Position numbers and translations under genes: made by a program. A DNA stretch of 64,000 nt from contig OZ024741.1 of assembly GCA_964016885.1 (NCBI GenBank), positions 345,960,001 to 346,024,000 of the forward strand. The letters run 5' to 3'. This stretch comes from Eledone cirrhosa. Lineage: Eukaryota. The notes beneath the pieces are model-generated. The model was given only the letters and a program-made list of their open reading frames with translations. It was not told the origin of the DNA and searched no databases. Shown one piece after another: positions 61,707-64,000 of this stretch (positions within the stretch are counted from its first letter, which is position 1; the number at the start of each line of letters is the position of its first letter).

Positions 61707-62028
61707 AACCAAGGAGGGGAGGGGGGGCGTGTTGACAATGATAGGTGTGGGTGTGCGGGTTGTGGTGGAGGGGGAAATAAATAAAAACAACTTAAATATA
61801 AACAAATACACAAGATATGCATATACATACATATATATATATGTATACACATACATACACATATACATGCATATATACCTATAAACACATGCAAACACAC
61901 ACACGCATATATGTGTATATATATATATCAAATAAATATACGTATGCATACACATACATGTGCATACATATAGATATATACACACACATATATATATATA
62001 TATATTTATTTATATATACATACATATT

Positions 62029-62074
<46 letters not shown>

Positions 62075-62327
62075 CGCACATACATATAAAGATATAGCCA
62101 CACATCCACATGCATACACATACAAAAAAACTACAATAAATTATAAAAATGAATCTCAAAGGTACATAACCCACGTACATACGTACACATACGCGTGCGC
62201 ACACGCACGCAATAAGAAATCAACACACGCATACAAATAAACATATACGTAAATCTATACACATATATAAACACATATATACTGATATACACAAAAACAT
62301 ATATACAAGCAAAGGCATATATGGACA

Positions 62328-62490
62328 CACTAGAAGTGGAAGACCAAGGTTAACGTATGTTGATGCCCTAAGGACAGACACTGGTCTGTTGGAGACGCAG
62401 GACATGGCAGCGATAATGAGGGACAGAGACCGCTGGAGAGAACTCGTCCATGGATCTCGGGCATTTTACCCGCCTTAGATAGATAGATAT
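62328..62490 (+). mobile_element. Short 3' fragment of the same RTE family as 43409-45498
   Basis: Near-identical to the reverse complement of 43409-43568; ends ccttagatagatagat. Confidence 0.9.
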
Positions 62491-62557
62491 ATATATACAC
62501 ATATATGCGTGTGTGTGTTTGCATGTGTGTATTCATGTATATGTTTATATGTGTATG

Positions 62558-62619
<62 letters not shown>

Positions 62620-62771
62620 GATGCATATCTTGTGTATTTGTTTATATTTAAGTTGTTTTTTTATTTATCTCCAACCCCACCCACCCACACACACCCACAC
62701 CTATCATTGTCAACAAGCCCCACCGTTTTTTTTACTTTACTTTGTTTTTGATTTTCATCTTTACTTTCTTT

Positions 62772-62832
<61 letters not shown>

Positions 62833-62833
62833 C

Positions 62834-62959
62834 TGGAAAAGAATGAAACGAAATTTCATTTCTCACTCTTAGTACGGCTGATACCTAAATATAGGTTTGT
62901 ATACCTACATACATATATGTGTACAGACGTACACTAGTATGTATATATATACATACATG

Positions 62960-62996
<37 letters not shown>

Positions 62997-63625
62997 GTAT
63001 GGGTTTACCGAACATTTATTATGATGTTCGGTTTGTTTGTAAACAAACAGCCCGAATTACGCCGTACAGTGCTCGGCAACCATCGTCGCCCTTTTGTCAA
63101 CACTGACACAGGAACGATGTACTAGTTTCAAGCTTATTAGCTATCGTCAGCATCGTATAACTTTCTGTCAGATGATTGAACGTTTGAAAGCATATACTTT
63201 CCTTATGCATATTAACGGCTGAGCAGCCTAATTTGCATATCGAGTGAGTTAGTCGGCCGGGCATACCGTAAACGATAAATGGAAAAGAATTAAACGAAAT
63301 TTCATTTCTCACTCTTAGTACGGATGATACCTAAATATAAGTATGTATACGTACATACATATATGTATACAGACGCACACTAGTATGTATATATATACAT
63401 ACATGCACACATATATATATATATGTACGTATGGGTTTACCGAACATTTATTATAATGTTCGGTTTGTTTGTAAACAAACAGCCCGAATTACGCCGTACA
63501 GTGCTCGGCAACCATCGTCGTCCTTTTGTTCATACGTACATATATATATGTGTGCATGTATGTATATATATACATTCTAGTGTGCGTCTGTACACATGTA
63601 TATAGGTATGTATACATACTTATAT
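62834..63625 (-). mobile_element. Family C: ORF-less head-to-tail repeat (~430-446-nt period, ~1.6 units) with inverted terminal piece 63531-63625; retrozyme-like
   Basis: tggaaaagaat.aaacgaaatttcatttctcactcttagtacgg at 62834 and 63280; HHR inside the unit. Confidence 0.8.
63114..63156 (-). ncRNA. Canonical minimal type I hammerhead ribozyme, family C
   Basis: acgatg-CTGACGA-tagct(aata)agctt-GAAA-ctag-TA-catcgt; stem I extends via ctgaca/tgtcag beyond an internal loop. Confidence 0.9.
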
Positions 63626-64000
63626 TTTATATATATACATATATTTTTTCGTATTTTTTGTTCTTATTTATTTATTTAGTTATTCCTGTTGCCTAACTAC
63701 TGTCCATATTTGTGTGTACATTTTTGAGTGCATATATATCTGTGTATATGTATGTGTATGTATTTATGTTCCTGTCCGTTTTTCTATGTAGACGCAAATA
63801 CGCTTATGTGAGAAAGTATCCATCTACGTACTTTTTAGTATATGCGCGTAGTTGAGTGTGTGTATGTTTACGTTCTGGATATTTATATTTTATATATATT
63901 TTTTTAAATTTTTTTGCCCTTTTTCCTTTTCGCCCGATTTTTTCAGCCTCACTTTCATATTTCCTAAATTTTGTTTTCAAATCCATATTTAATAAATACA

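Overview
AT-rich, microsatellite-dense animal DNA with no recognisable host exon. The SINE and LINE mix suggests a mollusc, probably an octopod cephalopod (inference). Most ORF-track entries are (TA)n/(CA)n/(GA)n artefacts. Real coding remnants are all retroelements: an R4/Dong-like LINE (1-2170), a Tx1/L1-like LINE (2229-5015), a probable Gypsy gag remnant, an RTE LINE with an unbroken 668-codon RT frame, a CR1-like LINE, and several Penelope-like elements (PLEs). The PLEs include a Naiad-type RT+GIY-YIG ORF at 17301-18902 and a decayed Neptune-type copy. About 13 tRNA-derived SINE copies are present. The main result of reading by eye is a dense set of minimal type I hammerhead ribozymes (HHRs; CUGANGA...GAAA, short and often palindromic stem III, NUH) in about 10 repeat families with different flanking sequences. 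Nearly all sit in (TA)n tracts, often as fold-back inverted repeats with family-specific fixed end points. One family (62834-63529) is an ORF-less head-to-tail ~440-nt monomer with a canonical HHR, a candidate retrozyme/circular-RNA element. All folds and translations were done by hand and need computational confirmation.
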